In this document: positions 12,501-28,257 of the stretch, in pieces
Layout of the letters: every line of letters starts with the position of its first letter
Position numbering within the stretch: position 1 is the first letter of the stretch
DNA from: Octopus vulgaris
Taxonomy: Eukaryota
Assembly: GCA_951406725.2 (NCBI GenBank)
Contig: OX597814.1
Span: forward strand, 135,098,001 to 135,162,000
Reading direction: 5' to 3'
Length of the DNA stretch: 64,000 nt
The notes under the pieces: generated by a model
Databases searched by the model: none
Seen by the model: the letters and a program-made list of their open reading frames with translations, nothing else
Told to the model about the DNA's origin: nothing
Program-made: the position numbers and the translations under genes

Positions 12501-15500
12501 GAAGAAATAACCGTCTTTGTAATAGTTTCTATCTTTGTATTTTTCTTTTATATTTGTGACTGGGTTGCTTTTGAAAATTCTGATATATGAATATGAATTG
12601 TAAGAGTGTTTCAATACCTGTATGCCTTATCTACATTAAAATTTTATTCAATTAACGGTCTTTGAATATAAATGCAAGGAATACAATAACCTCTCAAGTA
12701 TAAATATAAATTTAATTTTAGCAAATGTGCAAATTGAGGGAAGACAACTTACAAACCTTGCTTATATGTACGAAAGAATGACTAGAGTAGTTGGACCCAA
12801 ATTAGTTTAACACTTTAATCCCATCTTGTTTATCATAGTCCTCCAGGCCATAACAGAGGAGTTTAAGACTGGCTGCCCTTGGAAGCTCCTCTATGCTGAT
12901 GACCTTGTTTGTATTGCTGAATCACTACCAGAACTAGAGAAGAAATTTCAGGTGAGGAAGCAAAGTATAGAATTAAAGAGCCTTAGAATTAACTTAGCAA
13001 AGACCAAAGTCCTGGTAAGAAAGCAGACAAATCAGCAATCCCTTCAGGGAGATGGCCCTGCTCAATATGTAGAAAAGGTGTTAGTAGAAGCTCCATATGG
13101 TGTATCCAGTGCAAGCTATGGATACATAAGAAGTGTAGCAATATCAGAAGAAGGTTAAGAGATGTGTACTTCCACATCTGTATGTTGCAGATGTGCAAGT
13201 ACAATAAACATAGGAATGTACAGAAAACAGACATCTTAAAATGTCTAGATTGGAGTGGGGGGATCTTTAGAAGTAATAGATAGTTTCTATTGCCTAGGCT
13301 GCCAAGTTAGCAGTGAGGAATGAAGCTTTGAGAGTGTAGTTGGCAAAAGAAATATTAATATTTTACAAAAACCCACTAAGAGGAACAAGATAGAGTCAGA
13401 AAGGGTTGTGAAGTACTGTTACAACAAAGAACTAATAACAGAAACTAAATTTTTTCTTCCTTATTATTAACAGTTAACATTTTAAAAGATATTAATTTTG
13501 ATTAAATTAATAAATCATTTATATGAAGAAAGTAATTATAATGAAAGAAAGAAAAATTAACTTACTTGTTGATTTTCTACATTTAATTTTGTACAATCAT
13601 CCTCTTTCTCTTCAAGTTTTTGTTGAAGTTCTCCCAATTGATTTTTGTGAGATACTAATTGTGACTCTAGTTGAGACAGACTTTTACTGTGTTCATCATG
13701 TTTCTGCTGGTAGTATTTTAATTCTTCTTCAAACTTAAAAAAAAAAGAAGTATACATATATGTATTAATGTTTGTATTATGTGTGTGTCTGTGTGTGTTT
13801 AACTAATCAATTAAGACTGTAACATGTCCAGCATTGTCACCACACTGCCAAAGATCAGATTCATTCCCACTACATTCTATTTTTAATTAACCTCTTAACA
13901 TATTATCCCATATATTTTTGTTCAGAGATGTCTAGTAAATATATATTTGAACGAAAATATATGTTCACAGTACCCTGAGGTATTTGTCACTTATTTCTAA
14001 CCTCCAAATACTTCATTCATGATGTTATTCCCATTTTCAATCACTAACTATCAGTAACTATCGTTTCTGTCAGTAATTTCATAATAGATCATAACTGATC
14101 CAAAATAATTTGTGTACTTATTCTTCCTTATATACAGATTCAAAATAAATAATAAAAAAAAGGTGATATTTTTGGTATGGAAATTGAAAAAAAATATTCT
14201 TGTTAAGAGGTTAATTTCAAATAATTTAAATACACACATCTCCCCTACCGTTCTTGAATTGAACTGAGAAATCTTATAATCATACCAGCCTGAAATGTAA
14301 AGTGAGTAAACATTCTCGAGCTAGATGTAAGCTTGAAAAGAACAGTCTCTTTTTTAAGCTGAATTGATATTTACTTACATATATGTCCTTTTCTCACAGA
14401 TAGATATCTAAGACAAATAGACAAAACAAGCTTTTATGCCTGCTCAAAAGAACAAGTCAGAAGTGTAGTGTGATACTGTAATACAGTAAAAAACTTTCCA
14501 AAATTTATGACTTATCTCTTTAGGGAATAAATAACTCATAAATTTGCTTGAAAAATAATAGTTTAGTTAATGTTAACATATTTAATGATGGAAGCATGAA
14601 AAAGCTAACTAAAACTAATTATATATTGTCAAAACAGTCAATTATCAATGTTAATTTAATTAGGCCTATAAATATGGGAGACAACTTCAGGCATCGGCTT
14701 CACCGTATTTATTGAACTAGTGATAGAAGAATCACTAATAAAAATTGTACATTGGCTGATGAAGGAAATATTAGTCAATGACTGGTATAATTTTTTTACA
14801 CTGTTATCTCTCAACTGGTTTCCAATACTTTTATTATTATCTTTTTCAATACATTAATTTGCACATACTCTCATGCACATAATTTTACACACACACGCAT
14901 GCACACACGCACACACACACATATGCATGCACGCGCACATACACACACACACACACTATTTCATGTATTATAGGGAACAAATCATTACTTCTATAAAAGT
15001 TACACAGGAAAACACATGCACACATGTGAGCACACTCATTTTAAGTTTAACTTACTTTTGTTTTCTCATTCTTGATTTCTAAAACTGAATTATTTTTCTT
15101 TTCTACTTGTAGTTCTAGTTGATGAATCGTACTCTGTTTTGAATTCAATTCAGAATGAAGACTGGAAATATAAGGAAGTTTACAATTATGTAACATTTAT
15201 TACAAACTGTAACATAATTGTAATATATAACAATAATGTATATATTATATTTCAAGACAAAACACATAGCAGTATCTAATTCTGTCTTGGTTCCCAAATC
15301 CTAATTTTTCTAGAATTGGTTGTCATTTCTCCTTCAAGAATGAAAAAAATAATAATAATAAAAAAAGACAACATAATGGGATTAATTCAGTTGACTACAT
15401 ATACCTGTGTCTAAAAAATTGGCTGCTATGGGCCTCATAAAAAAAAATAAATCAATTATTACATTAAAATGTGAATGGAAAAATTACACAGATGGTTGAC

Positions 15501-15626
15501 AAATGGATCAGATATTTTATAATGACAAATTTCTACAAATTCCAACATTCTATTCTATTTAAATTGTTGAAATAAGTACCTATATTATTCTGAGGTAAAA
15601 TCAACAAACAATATTTTCCCTTTTAA

Positions 15627-15659
<33 letters not shown>

Positions 15660-16017
15660 CGTCGTCGTCGTCGTCATCATCATCATTCTTCTTCTTCTTA
15701 TTATTATTATTGCAGTGAGCTGGCAGAATCGTTAGCATGCTAGATGAAATGCTTAGCGGTTGACTTTGCCTTTCATCCTTTCAGGGTCGGTAAATTAAGT
15801 ACCAGTGAAACACTGGAGTCAATGTAATCAACTAATCCCCTCCCCCAAACTTGCTGGCCTTGTGCCAAAATTTGAAACCATTATTATTATTAGTCAACTT
15901 TGCCTTTCATCCTTTTGAGGTCAATAAATTAAGTACCAGTGAGACACTGGAGTCGATGTAATCGGTTAATCCCCTCCCACCAAATTTCAGGCCTAGTGCC
16001 TATAGTAGAAAGGATTA

Positions 16018-16057
<40 letters not shown>

Positions 16058-19000
16058 AGTTATCTCTTAAAATAAAGATGAAGAATATCATTGTGTAACA
16101 CGATTTTGTTCTTGGGTAGTAACTGTTATTTCCTATTTGGTAACCCCTAGAAAGTATGAAAAATGGCTAATATTTCCTTCAAATTTTGCTTTTGTTATGA
16201 TATTTATTCAAATTCAGAGACTCCCTCTTAACACATGGCTGTAATGTTCCCCCACTACTCCTGCTCATGATCAGAGATGCACATATTATCAACTGCTAAG
16301 GGACATGCTCCAGTAGTTAAGGATAAGCAACTGACAAGAAAATCTGTGGTATTGAGCAGAATATTTGCTATAATGATATTTCTGCTTCAGCAACTCAACA
16401 GTGAATCTGTCTGAAACGAAATGGAAAATAGGTCTATTTCAAAACATTGATGTCCAGGTCACTAACGCAAAGTTTGAAAGGAATAGTAGTCATTTCCATT
16501 AATTTCTAGATAGACAAATAGGAAATTATACTTACTGACCAAAGACAAGAAAAAAAAATTGTTACACAGTATAATGTACATGAAATTATATTTTGTCAAG
16601 CGGAAAAATAACGTCATTCTTTCGATTCCAATTAAATCTAAGTCATTTAGTGATTGCTAGGACTCTCCTTTATTATATTACCTTATTAAGCAACTTTATG
16701 AGCAGCCCTAGATTTATAAGCTCATTTTCAATAATAAATTTCAAGAAATTATCTAAACCATTTCTATTTTTTAAACTTTTTGGTGTAGTTGAAAAGTGAC
16801 AAAATTAGGAGGAAAATAACAAAATAAAGAGAAAAAAATCAAAACTTTGTGACTTACTCAGAAAGATCTGCTGATTTTGGTAAAGTGTTTAATTGAGCTT
16901 CAAGATGTCCTATTTGTTTGAGAGACCTAAAATGGTAAAATGTTGTTGTCCTAGAATTCATTCACATATGAAGACAAATAACAACTCATGCTTAAGTCTG
17001 TTCCAGGTTCAAAAACAAAGATCTCAAAAGCATATTCTAATGGGGATATAACAATTTTGTTTTATTTAACAACATAAGGAAATGCTCACTGACTATATCA
17101 AGAAACAATTTTATACACTAGAGAGCCAAGGACATTAATTAAACTCCTTAAAGTCATGACAATACTAGTCCTCACAATCAGTGAATGCCTCACTGTGACT
17201 AACACCAGAGCCTACAGTTAAACAAGAACAGACTATACAATAAATAAAAAAAACACATACATAAACTGTCAGACTACACACCATCATCAATTAGCATCTG
17301 TTTCGCATGCTGGCATGGGTTAGACAGTTTGATGAGAACTTGTAAACCGGAGAGCTGCACCAGGATCCAGTCTGTTCTGACTTGGTTTCTATGGTTGGAT
17401 GCTCTTCCTAATGCCAACCACCCCACAGAGAATAGTAGATGTCTTTTATGTGTCACTGGCTTGGGTGCCTTTTACATGTCACTGGTACTGGCCACAACTA
17501 TGATTTCACTTAGTTTGATGTGTCTTCTCAAGCATAGCAAATCACCAAGTCTTGGTCACTTATCATCGCCTCCATGAGACTCAACATTCTAAGATCATAT
17601 TTCACCACCTCATTCTACGTTTTCCAGAATGCAATGTGATGCTTAACAGAGGTATGGCATATCCAGAGTATTGGATACCCAGAGATTTAACTAGCTACTA
17701 CTTAGCCATATCCAGAGATTTAACCAGCTACTTAACCATAGGTTTTCTCAGAGTTGAGCAGAGTTGTCCAACAGTAACGACATTAATTAGCTCATTATTA
17801 ATATAGCCCTCTTTATTAATGCATCCATATCAACTCAGCTTCATCATCAACATATCTCTTCAGTGACAACAGCCAGCCAATGCTGGTGTTATGTAATTAT
17901 GAATATAATGCCTTTGGTTTTAGAAGTCAGCTACTATATTTAATATTTGACCAACTATATATAAATTACAGATACTGTCAAATTAAAAAAAAAAAAAAGA
18001 AACCATTAATAGTTCATCCTAATCCTCTTCCTCTTCATTTTTACATTTGCTTTCCATACTGACATAAGTTAGATGGGTCATCCTGGCTTTAACCCTTTAG
18101 TTACCATATTTCTGCAGAGGTGCTCTGTGTTTCTTTCAATTAATTTTAAATAGCCTCGCCTGGCCCTCGTGCCGGTGGCACATAAAAAGCACCATCCGTT
18201 TGTGGCCGTTTGCCAGCTCTGTCTGGCACCTGTGCGGGTGGCACGTAAAAAGCACCCACTACACTCACGGAGTGGTTGGCGTTAGGAAGGGCATCCAGCC
18301 GTAGAAACACTGCCAGATTTGACTGGGCCTGATGAAGCCTTCTGGCTTCACAGACCCCAGTAGAACCGTCCAACCCATGCTAGCATGGAAAATGGACGCT
18401 AAACAATGATGATGATGATGATGATGAAAGGATTTAGTAAAATAACTTAGTTATCATTAAGCTAATGTTAGGAGCATAAATTGACTAAAGTTTGGTGGAA
18501 GATTTTAATTTAGAACTTTTGAAAACAAGACATTTGTACAACAGAGCCAGAGGTGGTTTCAACCAAGTTAGTATCAAAAGGGCTAAGTCAGATCTTATTT
18601 CAAGTTACTGCCCTTCTGAATAGTTTGTGGAGGGGAAACCTCATCTCACTCATACTTCTTATTTTGGTATTGTTAATATAACTTAATGTTCCTTCCTGAT
18701 ACTAACTACTTTATGGAATGTATTGGATGCATTTTATTGAGGCAACCAGAAAGGTTATCATGTCCTTGATAAGACTAAAAGGTCCTGTCACCCCAATGTT
18801 TCCTTTGCTTGTTCAGCAACCACATACTAGGAGGGTAAAAATATACAAAATAATATATAATTAACAAAATACATTTTCAAGTCATGATTGTTGTGAAGGG
18901 AAATCTGTTTGAAGTCAATATTGTTTTACAGTTGGATATCATTCATAGAATACCAGTGGAGTTTACTTTGTATGTTAGGTACACAGACAAACAGGTTAGG

Positions 19001-21974
19001 TGAAATGAAAGAAAAATCTACTTACTGTTCATGTTTTATATGAAGATCATTGTAAAGTTTTTCAAGATCTTCTTTCTCCTTTTCTCGTTCTAAATTTACT
19101 TTGTTCATCAAAGTCTGAACAGAAATTAGTTCTTGTTTTAGGACAGTTGCATCATCTTCTTCGGGTCTAAATACATAATAAAACAACAAATTTTTGTTTT
19201 GTTTCCACTTCATGTGTAAAACAGATATATTCATGGTAATACAGAAATACAGAATGCATCTTAACATGAACACATTTTTTCTGTAGAAAAATACTGAATA
19301 AAATATATTTTCTACTTGCTGCTAGCCACTGAATGTGACCAGCCTAAGAAATAAAAAGAATTGTGTAAATTGTAAAAAAAAAAAGACTTCTATTTCAAAG
19401 TTATGAAATGTTAGTTCTAAGTGAAGTACATAATCTGAAAAGATGGTCCAATATTTATGAATGACTCATAAGCATATCTGATAAAATCAGATGTGTGTGA
19501 GTGTTTCTGAATGCATATACACATATATCATTACTTTTACATATTTTTTTATATGATGGCATGGATTGAACAAGACACCTTGAAGCAGCATTAAATGATT
19601 CAACCAATCTCCCCTAACCCTTCTGTTACTATATTTCCATTGAATATACTGCTTTTTTAATATGATGTTTGACAATAATTAAGAACTTGGTAAACTAATT
19701 TAGTCTGTATTAAATTGGTATTTGAAACATAAATTTATGTGAAATTTAATGGAAGGTTTTAATTTAGATTACTTTAAAATAGGCAATCTATATCATAGAA
19801 CATACATACAGGCTTGTCTTTTACATCAATACAAACAGGCTTGTCCTTTACATCCATACAAACAGGCTTGTCCTCTACAGGTGCTGGTGCCACATAAAAT
19901 GCACTTGTGCCAGTGCTGCATAAATGTACCTGTGCCAGTGACACATAAAAAGCACCCAGCACACTCTGTAAAGTTGTTAGCATTAGGAAGGGCATCCAGC
20001 TGTAGAAACCATGCCACAACAGACAATTTGAAGTCTGGGCAGCTCCTTAGCTGGCCAGTTCCTGTCAAACCAGCCAACCCATGCCAGCATGGAAAATGGA
20101 TGTTAAATGATGATGATGAGAACCAAGAGCAGTTTCAGACAGGTTGGTATCAAAAGGGTTAACAGCAACAATGTTGGTCTATCTCTTAACAGGTAACCCA
20201 TGGAAAGATTTCAAACTAATATAAAAAACATATGACAGCTATTATGTTTGCATTAATTACAGAAGTGAGCTACAACTCACCAGGGAATCTACTGGAAAAC
20301 AAAATGGGTGAATTTAAATAGTAAAGTGACTTTATTGGAGGCATAAGTAATTTTTTTTACCTTAGAGAGAGTTGATTCTCTAATTTCTCAACTTGTTGAG
20401 TTTTATCTTCAAGTTGTTGCTGAAGAAATTAAATTAAAAATATATAAACTTCAATAATAATTTTGAAAAAAATGAATTTTAACTAATTATTATTTTGTTA
20501 TAAATTGGGGTGGATTTGAAACTTTGGACATTTGCATATAGATTGTTACATGGGATATCATCAATGCTATAATGGACTTAAAAGGAAGATGAAGCAAACG
20601 TTTGCTAAAACAGCACATTTTACTAAATTCTTTATTACTTCACATTCTATCTTAAATATGTTTCCAACATGTTACCTGGAGTTAAAGTTTTCAATTTCTG
20701 GCATATTTATGAGTTGAAATCTTACCACAATCTTTATAGTGAGCATATTCTGCTTCCTTTGGTCTACCTAACTAAGAACAGAGTCCACTCTTACATTGCA
20801 AGTGAATGACTAACATTTCAAATGTAAAACCATTTGATCCAATAATGTGTGTGTGTGTGTGTTGTGTGTGTATCTAAGTCATCTTTCCCTTTTTAAGCAA
20901 GTGGGTGTAATTTGAAGATCTGTTTTATTTCTAGTAGGTCAAGTAGCCATTTAGTAGCCCCCACTCACTTGCTCACATTCATATATGAAAATCTGATGAA
21001 CACATGATAGGACCAAATGAGAAAAATTGGTGCACGAGATCAAATCATAAAGAAAGTATATTTAAAACAATTGAAAAGAAAAAAAATAAATCCCAATAAA
21101 GGAATAAAATAATTGCTTCACCTTTAATGTAGTAATGTGATCTTCAAGAGCTGCTTTCTGTCCAAAAACCTCATCTGCTAAAGCTTTGGCTGTTACGATA
21201 TCACCTGCCTGTTAAAGAAATAATAAAGTATTTATAAAAATAATAATAGTGTTAGAAATATTAGTAAAATTAACTGTGCTTCCACCAATGGTGGTAGCTA
21301 AGTGAAATTGTAATTGTGGCCAGTGCCAGTGACACATAAAAGGCACCTGTGCTGGTGACACATGACAGGCACCCATGTTGGTGACACATGACAGGCACCT
21401 GTATTGGTGACATGTGAGAGGCACCTGTGCTGGTGACATGTGAGAGGCACCCATGTGGGTGACATGTAAAGGGCATTTGTGTTGGTGATACATAAAAGAC
21501 ACCCAGTACACTCTGTGGAGTGGCTGGTATTAGGAAGGGCATCCAACTGTAGAAACCAAGCCAAAAAAGACTGGAGTCTGATGCAACTCTCTGGCTTACC
21601 AGATGATCAAGATGATCTTAATTATTTTTAATGCAAGCTGTGATTTGAGGGATTTCACAGTTATATTTTGTAGGTTAAGCCACCATGTAGAGGGGCTCCT
21701 TTGTTGGCTTGAGATGATGAAGATGGCAATGATGATTGTGACAATAACATATGAAAGCTGCAGCTAATGATAAATATTGTTATATGATGGTAACAATAGT
21801 GATTGTTTAATACTTCCAGAGATGCTCTGCCTGGAATGACAAAGTCACCAGTGCCTATCCAGACTAAAATTATAAAATATTAATGATTAAATATAAAATG
21901 TAAATAACTTCCAATTCCTTATGGAAATATATCTGTAATTCAGTAAAAGGCTACTATTTTGATGTTAAGTACAA

Positions 21975-22012
<38 letters not shown>

Positions 22013-25000
22013 CATATGTGTGTATGCAAATGCAAATGTATAAAAAAATACAAGTTTATTTATCATACAATACTGTATGCTTACATGCACACCCTTATGT
22101 GAGCTTACATGCACACATAGAGGCAAATCAGTTGGCTTAGCTTTAATTTATTCCTATAGATGTATATATAGCAAAAACACTGAAAATGTGCAGAAAACAG
22201 TTTCCGTCACATTCCAGGGGAAAAAACTAAAAGTAGTTGATAGTTTCCGTTACCTAGGTGTCCAAGACGATAGCAGTGGTTGATGCTCTGAGAGTGTAAC
22301 TGCTAGAATAATAATAGCTTGGGCAAAGTTCAGAGAGCTGCTACCTCTGCTGGTGACAAAGGGCCTCCCACTCAGAGTAAATGGTAGACTATGATGCATG
22401 TGTGTGAACAGCCATGCTACATGGCAGTGAAACATGGGGTGTGACTGCTGAGGACAAGTGTAAGCTTCCAAGGAATGAAGCTAGTATGCTCTGCTGGATG
22501 TGTAATGTCAGTGTGCATACACGACAGAGTGTAAGCACCCTGAGAGAAAAGTGGGATATAAAAAGCATTAGATCTGGTGTGCAAGAGAGATGACTGTGCT
22601 GGTATGGTCATGTGTTGTGTATGGATGAAGACAGCTGTGTCACACCCTAGCAGTAGAGGGAACCTGTGGAAGAGGTAGACCCAGGGAGGCCTGGGATGAG
22701 GTGGTGAAGCATGACCGAATGTTGGGCCTCATGGAGGTGATGGCAAGTGACCGAGACCTTTGGAGATATGCTGTGCTTGAGAAGATCCAGCAAGCCAAGT
22801 GAGACTGTAACCATGGCCTATGCCAGTGCAGCATAACCAGCCCATTAAAGAGTACCCTTTAATCATTGGGCAATAAACTGTGCTTGCGAAGACTTGTTGA
22901 GGCAAGTGAAGTTGTTGGGGGTGATGCCAGTGCTGCTTGATTGGCACTTGTGCTGGTGGCACGTAAAAAGCACCATTCGAACATGGTCAATGCCAGTGCT
23001 GCTTGACTGGCCCTCATGCCTGTGGCACGTAAAAATTACCCACTACACTCTCAGAGTGGTTGGTGTTAGGAAGGGCATCCAGCTGTAGAAACTTTGCCAG
23101 ATCAGATTGGAGTCCTGTGCAGCCTTCTGGCTTGCCAGCCCCTAGTCAAACTGTCCAACCCATGCCAGCATGGAAAGCAGACCTTAAACGACGATGATGA
23201 TACAGGGTTGGCCAAAAGTCACCTGACAGTAAATCAAAACCATTTAATTCCAAGATTTATTTATTTTTAACAACTGAATGAATTTAATAAAAGCATCTAA
23301 ATATGAAATATCAAGAAAATTGTTCAAACTGAAATCCTTTTTGAGCGATACATTTTTCCATTTGAGTCAGTACAGAATTACAGCTAATGTTTATGGAATT
23401 TTGGTTTACTGTCGGGTGACTTTTGGCCAACCCTGTGTAAGTTAATATTTTTTGCTGTCAATATATTTTTGCATATTATTTCATAGTAATGAAACCTTTT
23501 ATAAACAGTTTATTTTATTAATGCCTATTGCCTACTATGAATACTTAGTCGAAGTATGTGTGTGGATGATACAACTGAACATCAACATTGGCTGTCACAT
23601 TTATACTGCGTCTCAGTAGTACCGATAAGTCATTATTATATATTGGTTTCAAATTTTAGCACAAGGCCAGCAATTTTGGGGGCAGGGTAAGTTGATTACA
23701 TTGATTCCAGTGCTCCACTGGTATTCACTTTATCAACCCCGAAAGGATGCAAAGCAAAGTCGACCTGGGTGGAATTTGAACTCAGAATATAAAGACGGAT
23801 AGAATGTCACTATGCCTTTTGTCTGGTATGCTAATGATTCTGCTAGCTTTCTGCCTTAAGCCATTATTATATATTAAAATTCAAATTGCAAATAATAACT
23901 TACCAGCTTTGCTGCCTTTTGTTCAACACCTGCTTTTATTTGGTTAACTTCTTCAAGTTGTTTTTTGGTTTCAGTTAACTCTGAGGCCATAGCGCGCAAT
24001 TCTTTAGCACCTGTTGGCAGAACAGAAAAAGTATTAAGAACAATAGAGAAAAACAAACATGAAACTGTAAGCCCCTGCTGAAATGCTGAACAAATGTTCT
24101 TGCAGAAATTGAATAATTTCCCACTAGACATCTGTTAAAAGCTAAACTGGGATTTATGAATAGATAAATAAATTTTCCTTTTCTTCTTCTTTCCAGGTAC
24201 GTTCTTCATGAAAACTTAGATACTCACTTAAAAGTTACCACTCACTAAACATTACCACTTTTAAATACAATTGCATGTTAAATTGCCAATTTCTAAATAC
24301 TTACTGACATTTTGATTTTCTTCAAAAGATTTCATCTGAACTCGGTAAAATTCAAATTCTTCTCGCTCCTGTTGGACAGCAAAAACACAGTTAATAGCAT
24401 TTCAGTTTAACTAAACATTTCTCTTTGTGACATATTCTTTATACAAGCACACATGTATAAATTTAGAAAGGTATTGAAATTGAAAGTATGTTATTCATGT
24501 AAATTTGAAGATTATTTCTGACATAAGTGAAGTGAAATGGATATAGACGAGGATGGAAATGAAGTTGTGCAATTAATCCTCATGCACTCACAATACTTTA
24601 GAATGATACAACAACTTAGATTGCCATTTATAACAAAACTAAACAGACATGGAACAAGTAAACAAACTAAAATAGAAGTCAAACCTTGAAAATGAACCCC
24701 TTATATTTGCTCTGTTGTCTAATATGTTACCAGTTCAAAAAAATTTCATGAAACTTATGACCATCTCTGCAATACAAGTACATTCTTACAGAGATACACA
24801 TGTACAACTATATTTCCTTCTCCTTATCTAGAGGTATTGTTACAAATCAACAAGGCTGTTCACCATGACTGTGTCCTTTTATTTACACAATGTATCTTAT
24901 CATGAGGTTTTGCTATCATGAGGCATTGAGAAGGACCGAGAGAGTAATGGTGAGAGAAATATGTGGAGTGAAGCTGTTTGATAAGAGAAAGACTGAAGAC

Positions 25001-28000
25001 TTGATGGGGATGTTGGGATTGGAGGAATCGGCTGGCAAGGGCGAATGGAGTGTGGTGGTATGGGCATGGGTTGAGGATGGATGAGGAGCATGTTCTGAGG
25101 AGGGTGCTTGAGTTTGAGGTAAATGGACCAAGAAAGCAAGGCTGACCAAGGAAAACATGGAGAAGACAGGTGGAAGAGGAGATTGGGAGGGTTGGCTTGA
25201 GAAGGGAGGTTGCCCGAAAGATGGCGAGATGGTGTGAGGGCGGTTGCTATGGCATTGAGGTAGATCTGGCCACCTCTGTTAACGGGGACAAAACCCGGAT
25301 TTAAAATACTGGATGATGATGATCTTAAAGCTAGCCTCTATCCAGGCCAAACTCTTCAATCCCTTCTCCTCCTCCTCTCTCTCTCCAGGGATATAGCTCA
25401 ATCCTTGGAAACCTGCTGCAGAACATCCCATTCTTAAGAAGGACAGCCCTTCTGATCCTATCTACTTCTTCCAACATCTCAAAAGTGATGGGGTCAGCAC
25501 AAATAACAATAACAATACCTGGAATCTCTTTCCCTTCTTAATAGACATTATCAGTACAGAATTTGTAAAACCAAATCTATTGGATATCTACTCATCTGAG
25601 TTACTCACCAGTGATCACTTACACAAGAGAAATTTGGTGAAAACAACACAAGTACATACACAACAGAACATACACATGCAACATAACATACACAACCCAA
25701 GCACACATACACTAAAACTTAGAAATATGTTTAGAAGTGAACATTGCTCTGTTACAAACAATGCAATAGCATTTACCTTCTTTGTGAAAGGTATTGCACC
25801 ATCAGTTCCCTCCTGGTATTTCTCAAGTTCTTTCTTTAGCTCAGTAACATACCATTGCTCATCTTTTAGCTGTTTCTTTAGTTCTTCCATCTGTGATCTG
25901 AGGGAGAGATTAATATCTTATTTTTAAACAAAATGTCTTTCTTCTCGTGAAAAGGAGAGTATAGTCTATAGAATAGGCTCTAATATAATACTAGCATTTC
26001 TTTCTTCATTTCTGTTCAGAAAGTAGAAATAAAATTGACTTCATCTTTTATTGCAGCCACATAAATTGTTTTTGGACAAGATACATAATTCTTTAAACAT
26101 CTAGTGCATCTAGCAGACAGTTAATACAAGGAATAACATTTTTTCTTCATAATATTTGGCAAGATAAGAAGTTTGAATCAGAAATTAAGGAACAAAGAAG
26201 AAGAAGAAGCATGAAATATACATATTTAACCTTCCTTTTGTTGCCTACTTATTATGAAGTTCTTAAAAATTTCTAGTCAGTGGAAATCATGTATAACGTA
26301 TTTCATTCTTTTTAAAACTCATCAGCATGACATAACCCAGGGTATATTAATTAAGCATCTTATGAAAATTGAGACATTTCTTAAAAAGAAAATAATTGCA
26401 GCCTAGAAGAAATTATTTGTCTCAGCTTACTGCAATGAGAAATAGATAACAAATCTTTACAGAAGTTAACAAGCAGTAAAACTAGAAAACTATCCCTCAA
26501 CAAATGATGGGTCAACTCAAACAAAGAACTTGAACTTAAACATACTAAGATATCATAAAACACAACCCAGTTCTATCTGCACCAATAAAAGTACTGAAAA
26601 AAATATTTCTCTCAAAAAAGTTAAGGTATTGCTCATATCCTGGAAAAGCATTCTTTTACTAAAAAGTGATTAAGTGGGGGCAAAACATATATGGTTAATA
26701 CAGAACTTAAAGAATAACCAAAATATATAAAAGCGATGCTGTCATAAGGCCTGGTACACTGAGCAGTTGGTTGGTGGCTCATGAAACTATGAATCCAGTG
26801 CTAACCTATGTATGCTGTAGCTCGTTGTCAGTAAATAACTTTGATAGGCCCTAGAGTATTGCTTTGGTTAGGGCTCTATAATGCTGTATATATGGCTCTG
26901 TACTCAAGAGGATAATCCATAGAAGGAAGGACATGTAATTGTCTTGTGCTTAAGCTGAGAAGCAGTAAGTGAAAGCAAGTGAAGAGATAGGTGAAACAGG
27001 CAGAATCAAAGGGATGTGAGAAGTAGATTGCAAATAATAGTACAAAACAAAAGGAGATGACATAAAGCAATGAAGGGCAAGAGATTCAAGATTTTCATTA
27101 AGAGTGAGTTTAACATAGCATGAAGCAGTTTAATGAAGGGGAGTTGAAAGAAATGTTTTCAAAATATTCAATATCACTTATTTTTCCATGGTTGGATGGG
27201 TTCCAAAGCATCTCATCTCCTGTCATCTGGCAATACATATCAACTTCACAGTCACAGTCTTTACAACTGGACACTCATCTTTTGTCTAACCACCTTATCG
27301 GAAGGATACTGGGAGCATTTTATGGTTCCACCAGCACTAATGAGATTGTTTATGGTAGGACTAAAGTGTCCCTGCCAGCCTACATTAGTTCTTATTTGGT
27401 GTTACTACCTTCCTAACGGGTTGCCTACACCTATGATGTTCAAGTCAATTTTGTTTATCACTTCCTTATTGTCACACATGTGCATATATGTGCTCACTGA
27501 GCATTCTGTTACAACACTTATAGCAAGAAACATATAGCAAGTTATAGTAAGTTCACCAAACATGTTTACACATGCTATCTTTTCGAAGCAAAACTTTCTT
27601 AACATCAATATAATAAATTTTCTCTACACCAATATTCACATCACTTAGTGAGGACTCCCACAAATACTAACAGTATGTACAAGATATATTCACAAACTTT
27701 ATTTTCTACACTATTATCTCAGTACTATAATTGACCACCTGTTTAATATTGGAATTAGGTTTTTTTTTTATATCTGCTTTCCAGACCAGAAACCTGATAC
27801 AGGTTATATTTCAATCCTAAAGAAGACAAGTATCTTAGATTCTCAGAAATACAGAAACTGGACTAGATATATAGAAATTAGATGAAGCCAGTTCTATAAG
27901 ATTATACAGGATAACTGTTAAATGAAGAACCAATTCAAAACCTCTGCTCTTTTGAATTTATTACTTTCACCTAAATACATCATCCTTACTGTATCTCACC

Positions 28001-28219
28001 TACATCCAGACTCAATACTAAACAATTTTCCTAATATTGTTTACCTATCTCACTAGAACCATCAATGTGGTCTCTCTAATTATGAACTTTCACCCCTACT
28101 GCAAATCAAATCAAATGATAATCTCATTCAGACATTTTTATTATTACAGGATCCCCAGTGCTCAACTAATCCTTAATTTATTGACCTTGAAAGGATGAAA
28201 GGCAAAATCAACCTCAGTG

Positions 28220-28257
<38 letters not shown>

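Noticed and set aside
14750-14830. CTGATGAAGG as another hammerhead
   Set aside because: No downstream GAAA or stem III found; similar isolated CTGATG hits at ~975, 56600 and 63083 also lack supporting stems
18146-18373. Recurrent ORFs containing WLDALPNANH (also 17329, 19826, 40104, 47121)
   Set aside because: Antisense translation of the family A repeat, not a gene family
25330-25600. Short RT-like remnants (also ~27040-27320 and ~32450-32800)
   Set aside because: Probably very old LINE debris, but too degraded to delimit or classify by eye
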